From Catajapyx aquilonaris (Eukaryota): a stretch of DNA of 43,545 bases. How positions within the stretch are numbered: position 1 is the first letter of the stretch; the number at the start of each line of letters is the position of its first letter. Where the stretch lies: assembly GCA_000934665.2 (NCBI GenBank), contig JYFJ02003321.1, positions 1 to 43,545 of the forward strand, written 5' to 3'. The notes below the pieces were generated by a model. That model had not been told where the DNA came from, ran no database searches, and saw only the letters and a program-made list of their open reading frames with translations. Below, piece after piece: positions 10,432 to 24,070 of the stretch. The position numbers and the translations under genes were made by a program.

Positions 10432-13400
10432 CTACGAGGTGACCTGGGCAGCTACCTCCTCCCTCGTCACTTCTTCGCTTTCCTTTTTGTTTTTTGCAGC
10501 CACATATTCCGGATAATTCAAGTAACCATCATGGTCCAAGTCATCTTCTTCTAAAACACGGTCAATGACAGCTGTTGAGAGAGGAAAGAAATGAAACTTG
10601 TGTGCATAAACTGAGACCATCATGAAGGGTAATCACTGAAGCCAATGGTAGCAGTGTAGTATGGAGAACATATGAAGCTGACTTATCATCAGTTTTCAAA
10701 ATGATTTGTATCGCAACTGACAGGACACGATCGCAGTTGGTTGATCCATTAAAGAAGTCGTCTTAAATTTTGTGCATTATTTAAACACATTGGATAATAT
10801 ATTGGGGATTGTATTGGTACACATTTAAGCCTCAACCTGCCTGTTCACATGTCTTTAGTAAATGGATTTCCTGCGTGAAATATAGGCAGCTCTCTAATTG
10901 CCCTTGTCACAAGATTAGTTTTCACAACCATGTAAATCACTGTATTTTCCAGGTACAATCCATCTATCCATCTCGTACGACCAGTATAATGAATCCTCTG
11001 GTGACTGGTCAACTCGATTTTTGGTTTTCTGAAATTGGCACTAGTCATTATAAAGCTTTTTATTGGCATTGATCTGCCAAGCAAATTGTCACTGACGTTG
11101 CGATCGTAGATGGCTGTGATTTATAACGGCTACAGAGCACAGCCACAAATGCATTTAATGCCTACAAAACTCCTGTATCAGTTGCAGTTTACAACTCTCC
11201 ATAACCAGTTTAACTTGTCAGGTCAAGTTCGGAGCAACTGACCTTGTCTAGGAAATGGTCAAGAAGTAAATGCTAATGTCATGTTGAAATCTACAGATTC
11301 CCTGAGCAGCTATAAAGTCGTGACAACTGTGCCGTACTCACTCAATTACCTAGGACATAGTCAGAGATAAACAGGTTCTACGAGGGCAAGTCAAAACAAA
11401 TTGAGACTGATTTTTTATGTGATAAAGAGAATTTCGTAGTTCATGACTCTCTGTTAGTGGCATCATGTCCAGAATGGCTTGAAGTATTGGAACTTAGCAT
11501 GTCACTTGCAGAGAGTTATGAACTATAATTCTCTTTGTCACACATACCGTACAGAATCAGACTCAATTTGTTTCGACTCCCCCTCATAAATTGTGAAGCA
11601 CAATTTTACCAGGTACACCCGCGAGCATAAAGTTGGAGATGGCAGGCCCTCACCTTCAGTACGGTGCTCTGCCAATCCCAGCTATAATGTATCAAATATA
11701 CTGTTATTAACACTTAACCACCAACGTGGGGTCTTTTTGGACCCCACAATGCAGTTAATACCATCGCAATTAATAAATTTGGTATGAAATGAAGAATGGC
11801 AGGCCTATATTCCTCACACACACTTTCTTCGATCCAATGAAAAACTTTGACATCCTTAGAATTTTTATTTTGCTGAGTTACTGGTACTTTTATGCTGCTA
11901 TGCATCCCTGCTGGGGTCCAGATATACCCCATGTCGTAGCCAATGTACTTAATTTTTTAGAGAACACATCACAATGCATCACAGCAAATTGTATTTTATA
12001 AAGTGTGACTGTTGTTATCCAGCAATAAATATTACTTGGAACTAAAATCTTGCTTTCCAACTGGGTCACCTGCAGCTGGGAATGTTTACGTTATAAGCCA
12101 TTACTTACGGCATCGAGCTGGAAGGCTACGAAGCTGCGATAACGGAGTCTCAAGTCCCTTATGACTCAACTATGGTCACAGGAGATCGGTTTTTTTTACA
12201 CATACAGATGAGAATACAGGCCGAATTTAGCGGGGAAGAATGGCTTTAGTGCTATTAAGTAAAAAAAAAAAAGTTTCAATGAAAACCGCGTGGGGTCCTT
12301 AAAAACCCCACGTCGTAGCCAATGTATGGCAGATTCACGTTGGTGGTTAAGAGTACGAACACATGCCTGAAGCAGCTAAGTGTCCAAGAAGAGTCAATTA
12401 ATTTGAGTCAGATGAAGAAAGGTCAGGGAAGTTCCGCAAAGTCTCCAACTTTATGCCCGCGGGTGTACCACTTTTGAGTTGGTCATAAATTGGATGCTGA
12501 TATTTCTGTCCAGTTATTGGGCAAATCATTATCTGCACTCCTCTTGCCTTGTAACTCATTCCTTCCAAAAAAAAAAAAACACCTGACAAAATAATGTGCT
12601 CCATGAGTCCTGTGACAGGTATGCTTTGTGGTTAGTCCAATGACAAAGGAAAAGTTCTTGACTTCTACACTTTTCAATACAGTAATTTGACAGATCATAC
12701 ATTCTAGTTAAAATGCAATAGATGGCTTGCAATATAATAAAAAGAAGCTGACCAATGTAATACTGGAAGTCCTCCTCTGACTGCTTCTTGGCCTCCTCAT
12801 CGTCCTTCCCATCCGTGTTGGACGGTGCCACATGCAGGATGGCATGCAGCATCTCCAGTCCATCCAATTTGGTGTTGTTGTCCATGTCGTGAATCCTACC
12901 CGGTGTGAAACTCAAACTCAGCACACACACAGAATTCCACCCCCCTTTACTCCTCTTTTTCCCCATTCCATTTGATTCTCTCGCCAGATTGAATCAGTAG
13001 GAAAGCCGTTTCAATTTTCTGGCGTCAATTTGGGGTCGCTAATGTGGTTGGGGTGGTGAGTATTTCTAGCGCCTCGTTAACGGCAATCAGGCCAGGGATG
13101 AATTTGTTGCCAACCCTTCCCCACCTCCCCAACCTTCCGCTTTTGCCAAAGTCAGGTAATCAGAATTGGAGATCAGGCTTACTTGAAGTAATGGAACTCC
13201 AGCTCCTGCGGGCTCATGTTGTCCAGGTCGTCTTGGGACACCTGCCCTTCCAGATCTTCCTTAATGTGTCTGAAACAATTAGAACCAATAAAAATAAGCA
13301 AATAACAATAGGAGATAAGTGGTATTACTCTTCATCATGGAGCAAATGGTTGTCCTGAGTGAGCTTCCCTGGCTGCTGTCCATCCTCCCCTTGCTTCGGA

Positions 13401-13540
13401 TGGTAATGCTTATGGTGATGGTGATCCCCAGTGGCCCTCTCGCTTTTAGGGTGATGCGGGCCTCTGACCTGCAGATCAGCTTCACACCAGGTCACCAACA
13501 GCAACGTGAGAAGAGTGACCAGGGTTCCATCAAGGTCCAT
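10432..13540 (-). CDS. MCFD2: Multiple coagulation factor deficiency protein 2 homolog (ER/ERGIC two-EF-hand cargo-receptor subunit), about 193 aa, 4 exons
   Basis: Exons 13540-13329, 13269-13183, 12895-12753, 10571-10432 (GT-AG, phases 2,2,1; 582 nt). Signal peptide (TLVTLLTLLLVTWCEA), His-rich linker, [45 protein letters not shown] (EF-hand 1), VIDRVLEEDDLDHDGYLNYPEY (EF-hand 2). Confidence 0.92.
11718..12346. mobile_element. piggyBac-type non-autonomous element in MCFD2 intron 3
   Basis: TTAA|ccaccaacgtg ... cacgttggtgg|TTAA: 11-bp TIRs with a TTAA target duplication; subterminal ggggtc..acccca motifs; internal repeat cccca(t/c)gtcgtagccaatgta near 11927 and 12306. Confidence 0.75.
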
Positions 13541-13895
13541 CGCCCGCCTGCATCACACCGTATAGAGGTCTATATAGTATATGATGGGGAAAGGGAGGCC
13601 GGGACGCATTTGATGTTTATGTGCGCTGCTTGTGCCGCAAAGTAGCGGGTGGATGCGAATAAATGAAGCGTGGCGAGAGAGAAAGGCCTTCCTTATTGAA
13701 TGAATGGCAAATGGTGATTACATTTGCGACGGGGACCTGTTGCTGGGCCGCGCCCAAGGAAAAATGGCGAGTCTGCCGCTTGTTCCGGCACAGGGAAATT
13801 CCTGATTTCAAATTCGGTTATTTTAGTAAAATACATTATATTTTGTGGGAATGGTTGAAGGCTGGCCATATCCTGGCACTATGCAACCACCACTG

Positions 13896-13977
13896 CCAGT
13901 AGACGCCGGCATAGCTCTTAAGGTCACGGGAGAAACGTTTCTTCCGTGATCCCAAGAGCTATGCCGGCGTCAACTGG
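13896..13977. repeat. 82-bp loopless palindrome
   Basis: 41-bp arms (ccagtagacgccggcatagctctt...aaac | gttt...aagagctatgccggcgtcaactgg) with 5 non-Watson-Crick positions. Confidence 0.85.
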
Positions 13978-14464
13978 GAGGAACTTTTATTAAAAATAAA
14001 GTACAGTGCTTACATTAGTTTGTTATTGGCAAATCGCACATTAACAGTCGTTCTGCATTTTCCACACGGTCGTGTGCGGCCCGCCATTTATTTGAAAACT
14101 GCCGGTTATGGCCGATGTTTCCCACTGAATCCGACGTGGCCCGACTATCCCAGTAGTCACGTGGTCTGCCTCTTTAATATTAAATCCAACTAATAAAAAA
14201 ACCTCCATGGCGTCCCCCTCCATAGTGTATGCGCACACCGAGTGTCGATACGTGGGTGTTGAATCGAGGGGTGGGTGGGTGGGTGAGGTTGGGCCTTACC
14301 TGGATGGATGATGGCGACAGCGTGGTGGTAATGCTTGATGTTGCTGTTTCTCGGAAATNGAGGCAACAAGATACAAGAGGAAACACCACCAACCAGACAG
14401 CACCAGGAGATAACCTCTCCCACCCCACAACCCCCACCCACCCACCCACAACCCCCATACGAAA

Positions 14465-14478
14465 GTTGCCATGGAAAC
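14465..14478. promoter_or_regulatory. RFX X-box-like motif
   Basis: GTTGCCATGGAAAC, one mismatch from the palindromic X-box GTTGCCATGGCAAC, followed by an inverted CCAAT (attgg) about 14 bp downstream. Motif match only. Confidence 0.35.
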
Positions 14479-17400
14479 TGGCGTCGTATTGATTGGCGCC
14501 GTCGTCGGTGGGAGGAATGGGGTGGGTGGGAAGGAGGGGGGATGTTGAGAGGGGCTCTAGCTTGAAGAGGGATAGAAATAGAGACGTGAAGCTGCATTGC
14601 ACTTATTTTTATGTCCGAACATTTCCAGAACCCACATTAATCATATTTATTATTTTCATAAAAAATAGAGTCCTGACTTCAAAACCGGACAGCGATCAGA
14701 AATCCCGGCTTGAAGTCGGGACATAACTAGCACATTCTTTTGGTGACAATATGCGAATCCCCAATGACGAGATAAGGCTGTCTCATAATTCGATATGCTA
14801 AAATATACATATCGATAAACCAAAATTTTCGATATCAATTACCCACATTCAGTATATCATGGTTCATATCGATTTTGGACATATCACATACAATTTGACA
14901 TTTGCAACAGCTGTCAGAATTTCTCTCCATACAGCACAATTATATTTTCAGGCTAGTCCAATAGCCTTTAGTATTGTATGAACCAAGGTATGGACAGCAA
15001 CAAAAAAAAATTGCACAGTATAAATAAATAAATATTTTTTTAAAAAAATGGTAACACTGACAAACGCAAGCCCACGCCAACCTGATGCTTGCACATGCAA
15101 GGCTCCCCCGCAACGCAACACAACTGCAAGGCCATTATAAATAATGATTAGCCCCCTCTGTAATTGGTGTCCATCGGGGATTTGACAAGCGTGTAGACGC
15201 GTCCACATGACGGCGGGCATTAGCATGGTGCAGCCTCTGACACAGGCTAGATCAAAGCTCGTTAGTGCACCAATTTCCCCACATTCCACAACTAACTGAA
15301 TGTACTAATGTGTTGGTCCTAAATCATGTTTAAACTATGCGGCCGGTCATATAATTACAGACCAGATACCCGCATTGGACAAAGGGCTACAACAGATGGC
15401 GTTGTTTTTGTTGTTTGCAGACTCGATTAATCAGTTAGGGCTCGTCCCACCCGCAATAAAACCGGGCCCAAATAATACTCATCCACAACTACATCCAGCA
15501 AAAGATCACCACTCGAAACGCAACAAAACGACAACAACAACAACACAAAAAACGCTCAAAACGTGGCAACGTTTGGCGCGTATTTCACATGCGAATTAGT
15601 AATCATGTTAATTAATTTGAATCGACCGACGGTGGCTGGCGGTGCATTTAAAATGAAACATGCGGATACTCTGGCAGTAATGCCGTTAGTGTGATTCTGC
15701 CGAAAGGTTGACCATTGTTTTAATGAGAGCCAAACATTAATTGCGAGCAGAGGCTAACTTGTGGCTAAGTTTCCCTGGACACCTATATAACATCCACAGG
15801 GATATCCAAGGTATCCAACTTGATTTTTCCATACGCATATTATTACCTTTCATTATTTTGAGACACCATAATTGACATTCGGCACCTAATTTCAGCGTCA
15901 TACCAATCACGGGCTTTCACAGAGATGTTAATCTGTACCTCATCATGACGATGATCCCAGCTCGTCTCCCCTTCAATAATTCGCGTCAACCGAAGCGAGA
16001 GCTCATCCGCAGTCGAGATGAGAAATGTGTGTCCCCATTTCCTCCCTTGGCTTCCAACCAAGGAAGGATATGGGAATTCTGGCAGCCAAGAACCGCTCCA
16101 TTTCCAAGCGCTTTCCGCTTATTGTGGTGTTTTTTGGGGGGAAGACGAAATTGCCGGAAGCTGACGGATGTACATACGCCCAATATTGCCAAAAGCCAAT
16201 ATCCGCCACGTGCTTCTTCATTTATTGCTGAGGAAACATTTTTTGGGGTATTCCCCCGACAACTGGCTGCCAAATGTCACGGCAGCCAATTGTCCGGCAG
16301 CCAACATGTTCAACTATCGGCCATCTTTTGCCATCATTTTAAAAATCCGGGATGCGAACAAACCCTGCTGATCCAGCCCCCCGGATTCAGCCATGCAGCG
16401 TGTATTACACGCCAAAATGATTAAATCAATACGGAACTGGGAGTGTGCAAGTGCTGGGAATAAATTAGCGTCATGACATTGGGTAGTGCCCGCCTTATGG
16501 TCACTGTATGTGGTAATGAACCGCTCTTGTTGAGCAGGAAAGGATGATGAGGACAGAACGGAAGTGGCTGTAACAAGTCGGTCCAAAGAGCCTGGGGGTG
16601 CCAATCAGCATCCCCGTGTCTCTATTTCCGGAATGTCCCTCTGATGTTTCCATACAAAAAAGGGGGAGGACCTTACCACCATAAAAACTGTAAGATTTTT
16701 GCAAGTTTACTAACAAGTCGTATCTAGCCAGTGGTTGTCCAGACCTGCAAATAAGGAAGTCCCCCTTGAGGCCATCCCTTGGGCGGTCCACACAATTTGC
16801 AATGATGATGCCCACAATGAAGAGGACGCTCTTTGTGAAGGTAAGCTCCAACTCTAGGGAAATAACCAACCGGACTCAGATGAAGATGGCAAAGTCCAGT
16901 AGTAAAAAAAAAACTAACTCACATATCCTCAAAAAATTCTTGCGGAAAAAAAAATGTTGGTGTCTCAGAGGATTGTGTGGAGACATAGCAGTCAGTAGCT
17001 TTTTCTTCGATCGGAACTTCACAATGGCGGCTGCCGTGGGATTAGCTGGTTGGCCGGAATGCAGGCGATTTCCCAGAGGAATCTGCTGTTGCAAAGACCA
17101 TTTTTTTTTCTCTCTCTCATCCCCTCTGCTGGTTCTGTATTTCGTGCGTTCTATCCTCCAGCAAATCTTTTTATGGGGTTCTGAATGGTCCGGCTACCAG
17201 GGACGCAGCGTGTCAAAGGTTGGCTCTGGTGTATAGGGTTGGCTTCCAAAATGAGGCGTGTCCATTACATCCTTCTCTGATGGAGTAAAAAACCGATGCG
17301 TTGGCACATCCAAGCATCACCTCTCACACATCGCCTGCCTAACCCTTCCTGATAATCCAATTTCCAGGCTTAACCACATTTCCCAGCGCAGTTTTCGACT

Positions 17401-17800
17401 TTCTTTTTTTTCCGTCTCTCTCTATCTCGCTCCTTTTTTAGGTTGGAGGGAAAAAGGGGGGAGGCAGGCATCAGAGGGGGATGGAGGGGGAGTTGGTGTT
17501 CGGCGGAAGGCAGCTGATTATGGAAGGAAAACTGCTGGGTTCACTTTTCCTGGGCAATTTGGTACGAAAATTTAGGTGCGCGACCAAAATTAGTTGACGG
17601 AGTCATGGCACTTGCATAATTTACAATTAAAATGAACTTAAGTATCAAACTTTAAGTCGGTTATATTAGGCAAACTCACTTTTGCATCGTGGAGGATTAG
17701 TCCTGGTTCAGAACTGAGGAAAAGCGATGTAAGGTTCAAATTTAGCACACAAATCTGCCGTCCCAAGGAGAAACACCCTAACTCCAAAAACTAGTAATCG

Positions 17801-18130
17801 CATTCTTCTTGCCTTTCCCTCTTCTGCTTCATGGAGATGACAAAAGAGTCAGATGGAACATATGAAACCGACATGAATTCAGCTGTTCCATATGATATTA
17901 CTAGTAAGGGTGAAAGTCGCATCCATGTCCTGCACTAATCCCTCCTGACTCACTAGTGCAGGACATGCTTGCGACTTTCACCCTTACTAATAGGTGACAA
18001 TGAGTCAGATGGAACATATGAAACCGACATGAATTCAGTTGTTCATGTCATGAATTCATGTCGGTTTCATATGTTCCATCTGACTCATTGTCACCTCCAT
18101 GAAGCAGAAGAGGGAAAGGCAAGAAGAATG
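17801..18130. mobile_element. Compound foldback/MITE-like element
   Basis: About 80-bp terminal inverted repeats (cattcttcttgcctttccctcttctgcttcatggag...) enclosing a second ~36-bp inverted pair (tagtaagggtgaaagtcgca...tgcgactttcacccttacta) and a direct copy of the inner half of the left arm. Confidence 0.75.
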
Positions 18131-21100
18131 TGATGATGGGCGAAGGAGGAAGAAATTGCAGTGCTCAGTCTCTCTCGTCCCTTAATTCTGTTTCCATAAT
18201 GAGCGGTTGTGGCTGCTCCTCCTCCAAGAACGGTCGCGCTTCAGAAGCTCGCCCAGCTTTTAATTACTTCTAATGCACTTTTTGACGAAGATTCGAGCTG
18301 GGATCTATGAAGAAGTAATAAGAACTCATTTTCGGTGGAGTTTCTGGCTAAAGTCTTGGGCTTTTCTTAATGCAGGTCGGAAGATAGGATGGGGAGGTGG
18401 GTGGGTGGAAAGAGGAGGGAAACTGTTGCCGATATATATACAAGGCAAAGTGGCAAGTTGAGGTCGTGAAGGAATTGCTCTCTTTCCGCATGGGTCTCAC
18501 TTCTAAGTGAGGCTGCACGAGACGAGATGAGTTCAATTAAGTTCCGTTTGGTTGGCTTGCACTCATAAAGACCCATTACCAACCACGAGATGGCTTCCTA
18601 TTTATTTCCAAATCCCTCATTCCACCCTTCATTCTGTTGAAAATTCTCCAAAATTGAAAACAGCCCAACATAAATGTTGCTTTAAAAAAAATCCCTACTT
18701 TGCTGTCAAGTAGCAACACTTGTTCGCATAAAGCGTTTTCCCCCTCATTGGATGCCTGATCGGTTGATACGATCCGCAATGTGAAGAGGACAATAGCCGG
18801 ATTGGGGTGCAGGACCAGTGAATAAAGCTTCATAGAGTGTCAGGTGGAGGCGTCGGAGAACACTAAACCCAAAGATTATGCAGAGAACAGGTGGTGGGGC
18901 AGGGTCGGATTTAGGGGATGAAGGACAGGATGCTGATGTGCCGCCAGTTGGACACACAATGATCATCTCTCCATCAAAGCATATGGTTGTCCCCTCTACA
19001 TCCCCCGATATATAAGTCCCCAGCGAGCAGAAGCAAAGGGGACCGCCAAACAACGAGTACAAGATGTACACATTCGATATCTGGTTATACTTGTCGAGAT
19101 AAAAAGGATACTACCAAGTAAGATAGTCAATCTGCAAGAAGAACATTTGGTACAAAATGTCCCTAATAGTGCGATTGAGTGATACGTGAAAAGCAGAGAT
19201 TTATCAGTCAAAATGGACCGCAATTTATTGGAACATCAAGTGAAACGTAGAGGATGTGTTTGGTTGTACTTTAAAAGCGGTTTCGTTGGGTTGCATCATG
19301 CCAGGATGAAACAAAGTCAGTCTTGATGATTTGTTTATTTGATCTGCTTGTTCTTATAAACACTATCGTTCGAGAATCAAAAAATCTTTCCCTTGCGGTT
19401 CATGCGACCAACATATAACAACCTAACCTTCGTATATCAGCAATGTTTGCCCTTCACCTGCAATGTCGACAGCTCTAATGTTGATCACCTAATATTTTTA
19501 TTTGGTTCGTGTTTTTCCCTCAGCACACCCAGCACGGTAATGCATGTTAATTTTTTTATTGATAGTTCTCCCGGGAAATTACACTGCGCGTTGTATTTAG
19601 CAACTAATTACCCAACAAGCACACAGTCCCATAAAACCTTCCATTTCCGGGCTCGTTCCATAAAACAACTTGGGTTCTCCATCTCAAGTTAGTCCCGGAG
19701 TGACCGCCCCCCCAGTGTCTCAAATGCCCGCGCACATCTCATTGTCCCCGCCAAATCAAATTTCACCCCCAATTTCCTCCAATCTGTAAAATGGAGCGAG
19801 TTAGCTCCAAAACAGACTACACACGTCTCAAGCGACACACTTTTTCTCCCAACGTGTCCAACTTTCGCGCCGAATCCCCATCACCCAAGCAGCTGCAGGT
19901 ACACCAAAAAAAAACGGGGCAAGGGGATGGCAAAAGGAGACTCCCTCAGCCCCGGGTATAGTAGTTGGGTAGGTGTGTGGTGGCTGGTCCATTGTCGGCG
20001 GGCGCTGGAACAGTTGTAGCGGCGCGCCGCCCGCGGACAATGGTCCTCGCTAATGGAGGGCCTGTGTCCCCCGGGGCATCGGGGGAGGCATGGGGATATA
20101 TAGGATGGGGGTAGGAGAGAGAGAGGGGGGGGGGGTGCTCGACGACAGGTCCCACAAAGCCTAATGGGAGGGGCGGGGGTAGAGGGACACGGAGGGAGGG
20201 CAGCCCCAGGGGAAGGCTCGGGGCTGTAATCCCAGCCGGGAGATGATAATCGAGAGAATAACAATTTGCTGATCCGCTTTTGAAGTGCTTCGTTGCCCCC
20301 CCGCCACTACCTCCCTCCCAAACTGGGTGCAACCAGCGGGTCACCCACCCAAGACTAAGGCGACCACTGGTCAAAAAAAATGTCTCATGTCATTTACATA
20401 AAATCAAGGACCTATACCCCTGATATGTAGGCAGCTTGTACCACAAGAGAGGCGCATAGGTTATCGTATCGCAAGGATGAGCAGAAGTTCCACCCAATCT
20501 GATCTCGAAAAAAATAACGAAAAAAAAAAATCCTCGCTTCTAGGCAATATACGAGAAAGCATACTTCCTAAGTGCACTTTGAGGCTTGGAATCGATCTGG
20601 CCGGAAGGGATGAAAATCTATGAGAGGGGGGGTGGTTTTCTTATATGGAAGTTGAGAGCAAACAGAGTGGAGCGTATGTAAAGTGCCCTCTAGGAAGAAT
20701 CAACATCAATCCAGCCCAAATTGCACATATAGCTTGGCTTTATGTGCCAAACGCGTGTTTTTTTTCCTGTGCTGTGGAGCAACGCAGATGGGCCGGGCTA
20801 ATTGTGCTAATATAACATGTAAATTACATTGCATACGATTTTTTTCCCCCTTTTAACCTTTGCACTGCAATTTTTTTGTGTGTATAGGCGCCGACCTGAT
20901 GTGAAACTGTAATCAGATCAGCGGATCTTTGTTTGAATTTTTATAATAGTCATTTAAAGGGGAATGGTTAAATCGCCCAGTTTTCTCCAATTGGAACCAT
21001 GGCCATGAACAAGACAAACTGGAAATGTTGCATGTGGCTCAGCTTGCATGGATCGGATGCTGCGAGTCCGTCCCATCCAGAGACGGAGGTGCGGGCAGCA

Positions 21101-24070
21101 ATCAATTAATCCCTCATGATGCTCTCATTACCATATTTATCAGAGTCACTCCGGCAAGGGATGACAGCTGGTAACTCAATAGTCGGCTGGCGGCAGTGCG
21201 TGGGGCCGCGGGGGGTAGCCCATGACAGGCATGCTGTGGTAGGCTAGCCCTGGATCTGCATGGGTTGCGGGGCTGGATGGATGGGTGGGGTAGGGTGGGT
21301 GCCATGGTGGGAGGGAGAGGGGAATATTGTAGAAGCCGTCTATGTAGAGGGAGAAAGGGGAGGGCAGTGGCCATCTGTCCTTCTAGTGATGGTTGGCAAC
21401 ATGTTCACGAGGCAACAAGTGTAGAGATTGAAACAGAAAAATTTGCGAAATGACATGAACACCAAAAATGAATGTAACCTTGAGTACAACATTACAGCCC
21501 ATGCATGATCAGCAGGTGCTCCGCCCTCAGCCCACACACTCGACTTGCCCCACCGGCACAAACCGTGTGTGTTGGATTATTAACCTCCGGTATTAGATTT
21601 ACCCCGCCAAGTGCATGGTCGAGTAGAGAAAGTGTCTGCCCCACATCCAAACACACAACCGGGCGCACCTAGCAGGCGCGTAATCGTTATAATTTTCACG
21701 CAACGCAAATAGTACGGCCATGCTCAAACTAGGCCGTCAACTGGTAACTTCCAGTTAAGCGGACTGCATAATTAACTTGCTCATTTCTGCGGGGATTAAT
21801 TTTACCAGCAGAAGATTGAGTCCCTTTTGTTCCACAAGAGGAGCAACTGCTGGTGCATGAAAACGCAGCAGGCCCCTCTCTGATGCTACCAAGAGGAAGC
21901 TGGGTTGGATCCTTGGGCCTTTGCCTGGCAGAATCGGAAGTCGAGCGGAAGCCAGGCGGAAGGACATGCGGGCCAAGTGTGCCCCGGGGGCGATTCTACC
22001 CCCCACAACCAGACCCCCCTATATACTCCATATTACCATGGCCCACAGGATAAAAGAGCAACCAAGCAACCAAACTGGAGAGGCGGCCGTCCATCCCTCT
22101 CCGGGGTCTGCACTTGATCGCTATCTGACTCAAATCCACTTGCGTCGGGGTGGGGGTAGCCATTTTGGGGGGTGATCCGGGTTCATTCGGGCGTTCAAGT
22201 CTTCCTGGGCAGTGATCCAAGTGCACATTGTTCCTACTAGTATATACTGTACAGTACGTTGTACGTATAGCTGGCATGTCCACTGTACAGTGGACATGCC
22301 AGCTATACGTATAACGAAAAAAATTATATTTAAAAAATAGTCGACGATTGCAGCAAATCACACTACACAAAATACAGTGTTTCAACTGAACTGTCTAATT
22401 ATGTAATAAAATTATGATTAATATAATTCATAGCTCGTCAACTCCCCTGTGAGCAAGTGCTGGTGTAGTCACCCTTGTGCATCACTCCAGATGAGAGCAT
22501 AGGGACCACTGTTGAAGGAAACCATGGTGTGTGCTCTCCCCCCCCCCCACTCAGTCTCCCTACTTCAACCCAAGCACACAATTAGGCCCACTTTTGTTGC
22601 ACAGGCACGTGTCCCTAGATTGGGGACACGCGACCCGGCAGCCACAAACCCACTACCCGCAACACTAGCTTGATTGTGGTTTAAACGTCGGCATTGGAAC
22701 GTCGCCTGGCCTGTCATGAGACAATTAATTGGGGACCACCCTACAAAAAAAAAACTTCACGCCTTTTCCCCCCTTGCCTATACGTTTGCTTTGCGACAAG
22801 AGCGGCACACGTCAACGCCCCAACTTGTGCCATGGAGGGCAGGCTTTTCAATCAAAAAGTCATTCATTGCTGCACAAACTAATTTTGAACCAGGGACCGT
22901 TTTTTTGCAGCCACTTATGTTGTCACGTGGCTGCTTCTAACCGGGTATTCTATAGCTGTGTCTGAAACATTAAAAATGAGGAAAAAACTACCATATGGTG
23001 AACTGCAACAAGACCGACCTGACTGAAAATAAACGCGGGCATATCCCCCCCTCTTCAAAGGCCAGCTAATCCGAGTCCCACAGCCGAGATGGATATACAG
23101 TGTGCACGATGCTGTACCGCCGCGTATAGACCGTCAGATATAGTGTCGCATCCCCCGGGGGCTTGGTTATATAGCTGCCGAGCTGTCCCCTCCATCATCC
23201 CCGGTGCTGATGGCCCGCTCGCCATTTCCTCCTAATTATTTCCTCCCGGCAGCATCCCCCAACGTAGCTCCTTCTTCACGGAGCACTTTTCCTTGCCTAA
23301 GTAGTCTGAGCAATAATGGAAGAGAAATTTCTTTGCGCCCCGGGCACTTCCGGCAACCCTCCCAGGGAAGAGTAAGCGAAACGCTTAATTTCATCGAAAT
23401 TAATGCGCGTACATTCAGTTGGGGGGAGGGAGGGGAGGGGAGGGGGAGGGAGACCATCTTATATACCAAACCTTAGCATCCCCCAGCACAAGCCTCTGGA
23501 ACTCTGCTGAAGCGCGACGTCCCAAGTTTTCCGATAGTTTTCGATCCATTATCGCGTGGTCTCAGCACGGCCAGATCGCACGATAATGCACTACCGTTCG
23601 ACTTGAGCCCTTAATTCAAGTGATACTCGGGACTTCCTAATTTCCAACTCTATAATTTGATTACTTCCGTTCGCTCGGCCCAAAGAAGAAAGTCCATTAA
23701 AGAAAATCGCAAAGTCGTCGTCGCAGAAAGTAAGACCCGGGCTAGGGAAAAGTGGAGGGAAAAGAAGGCTCCTTACTCCGTCGGCGGCGGTGGCGGCACT
23801 TCTTTTTCCAAGGAATGAAAGGAAAGTAGCTGGGAAGAGTGCAGCCTTGCTTAGGAGCAACATTGCTGGATACAGAGGACAGGCTCACTATCGATGGGGG
23901 AACCATATAGTTAACATTACGTATACTGTAGAACCATCGAATACAGTAAAACATGTCTATGTTGGACAGCGACGGTTCCATTTAAAATGTCCATCATATA
24001 TTAATAGGGAGGCAACTTATTAGCCTTTCAATCTCTCGGGCAGCACAGTACATTTCAAAGTAAGAGTATT

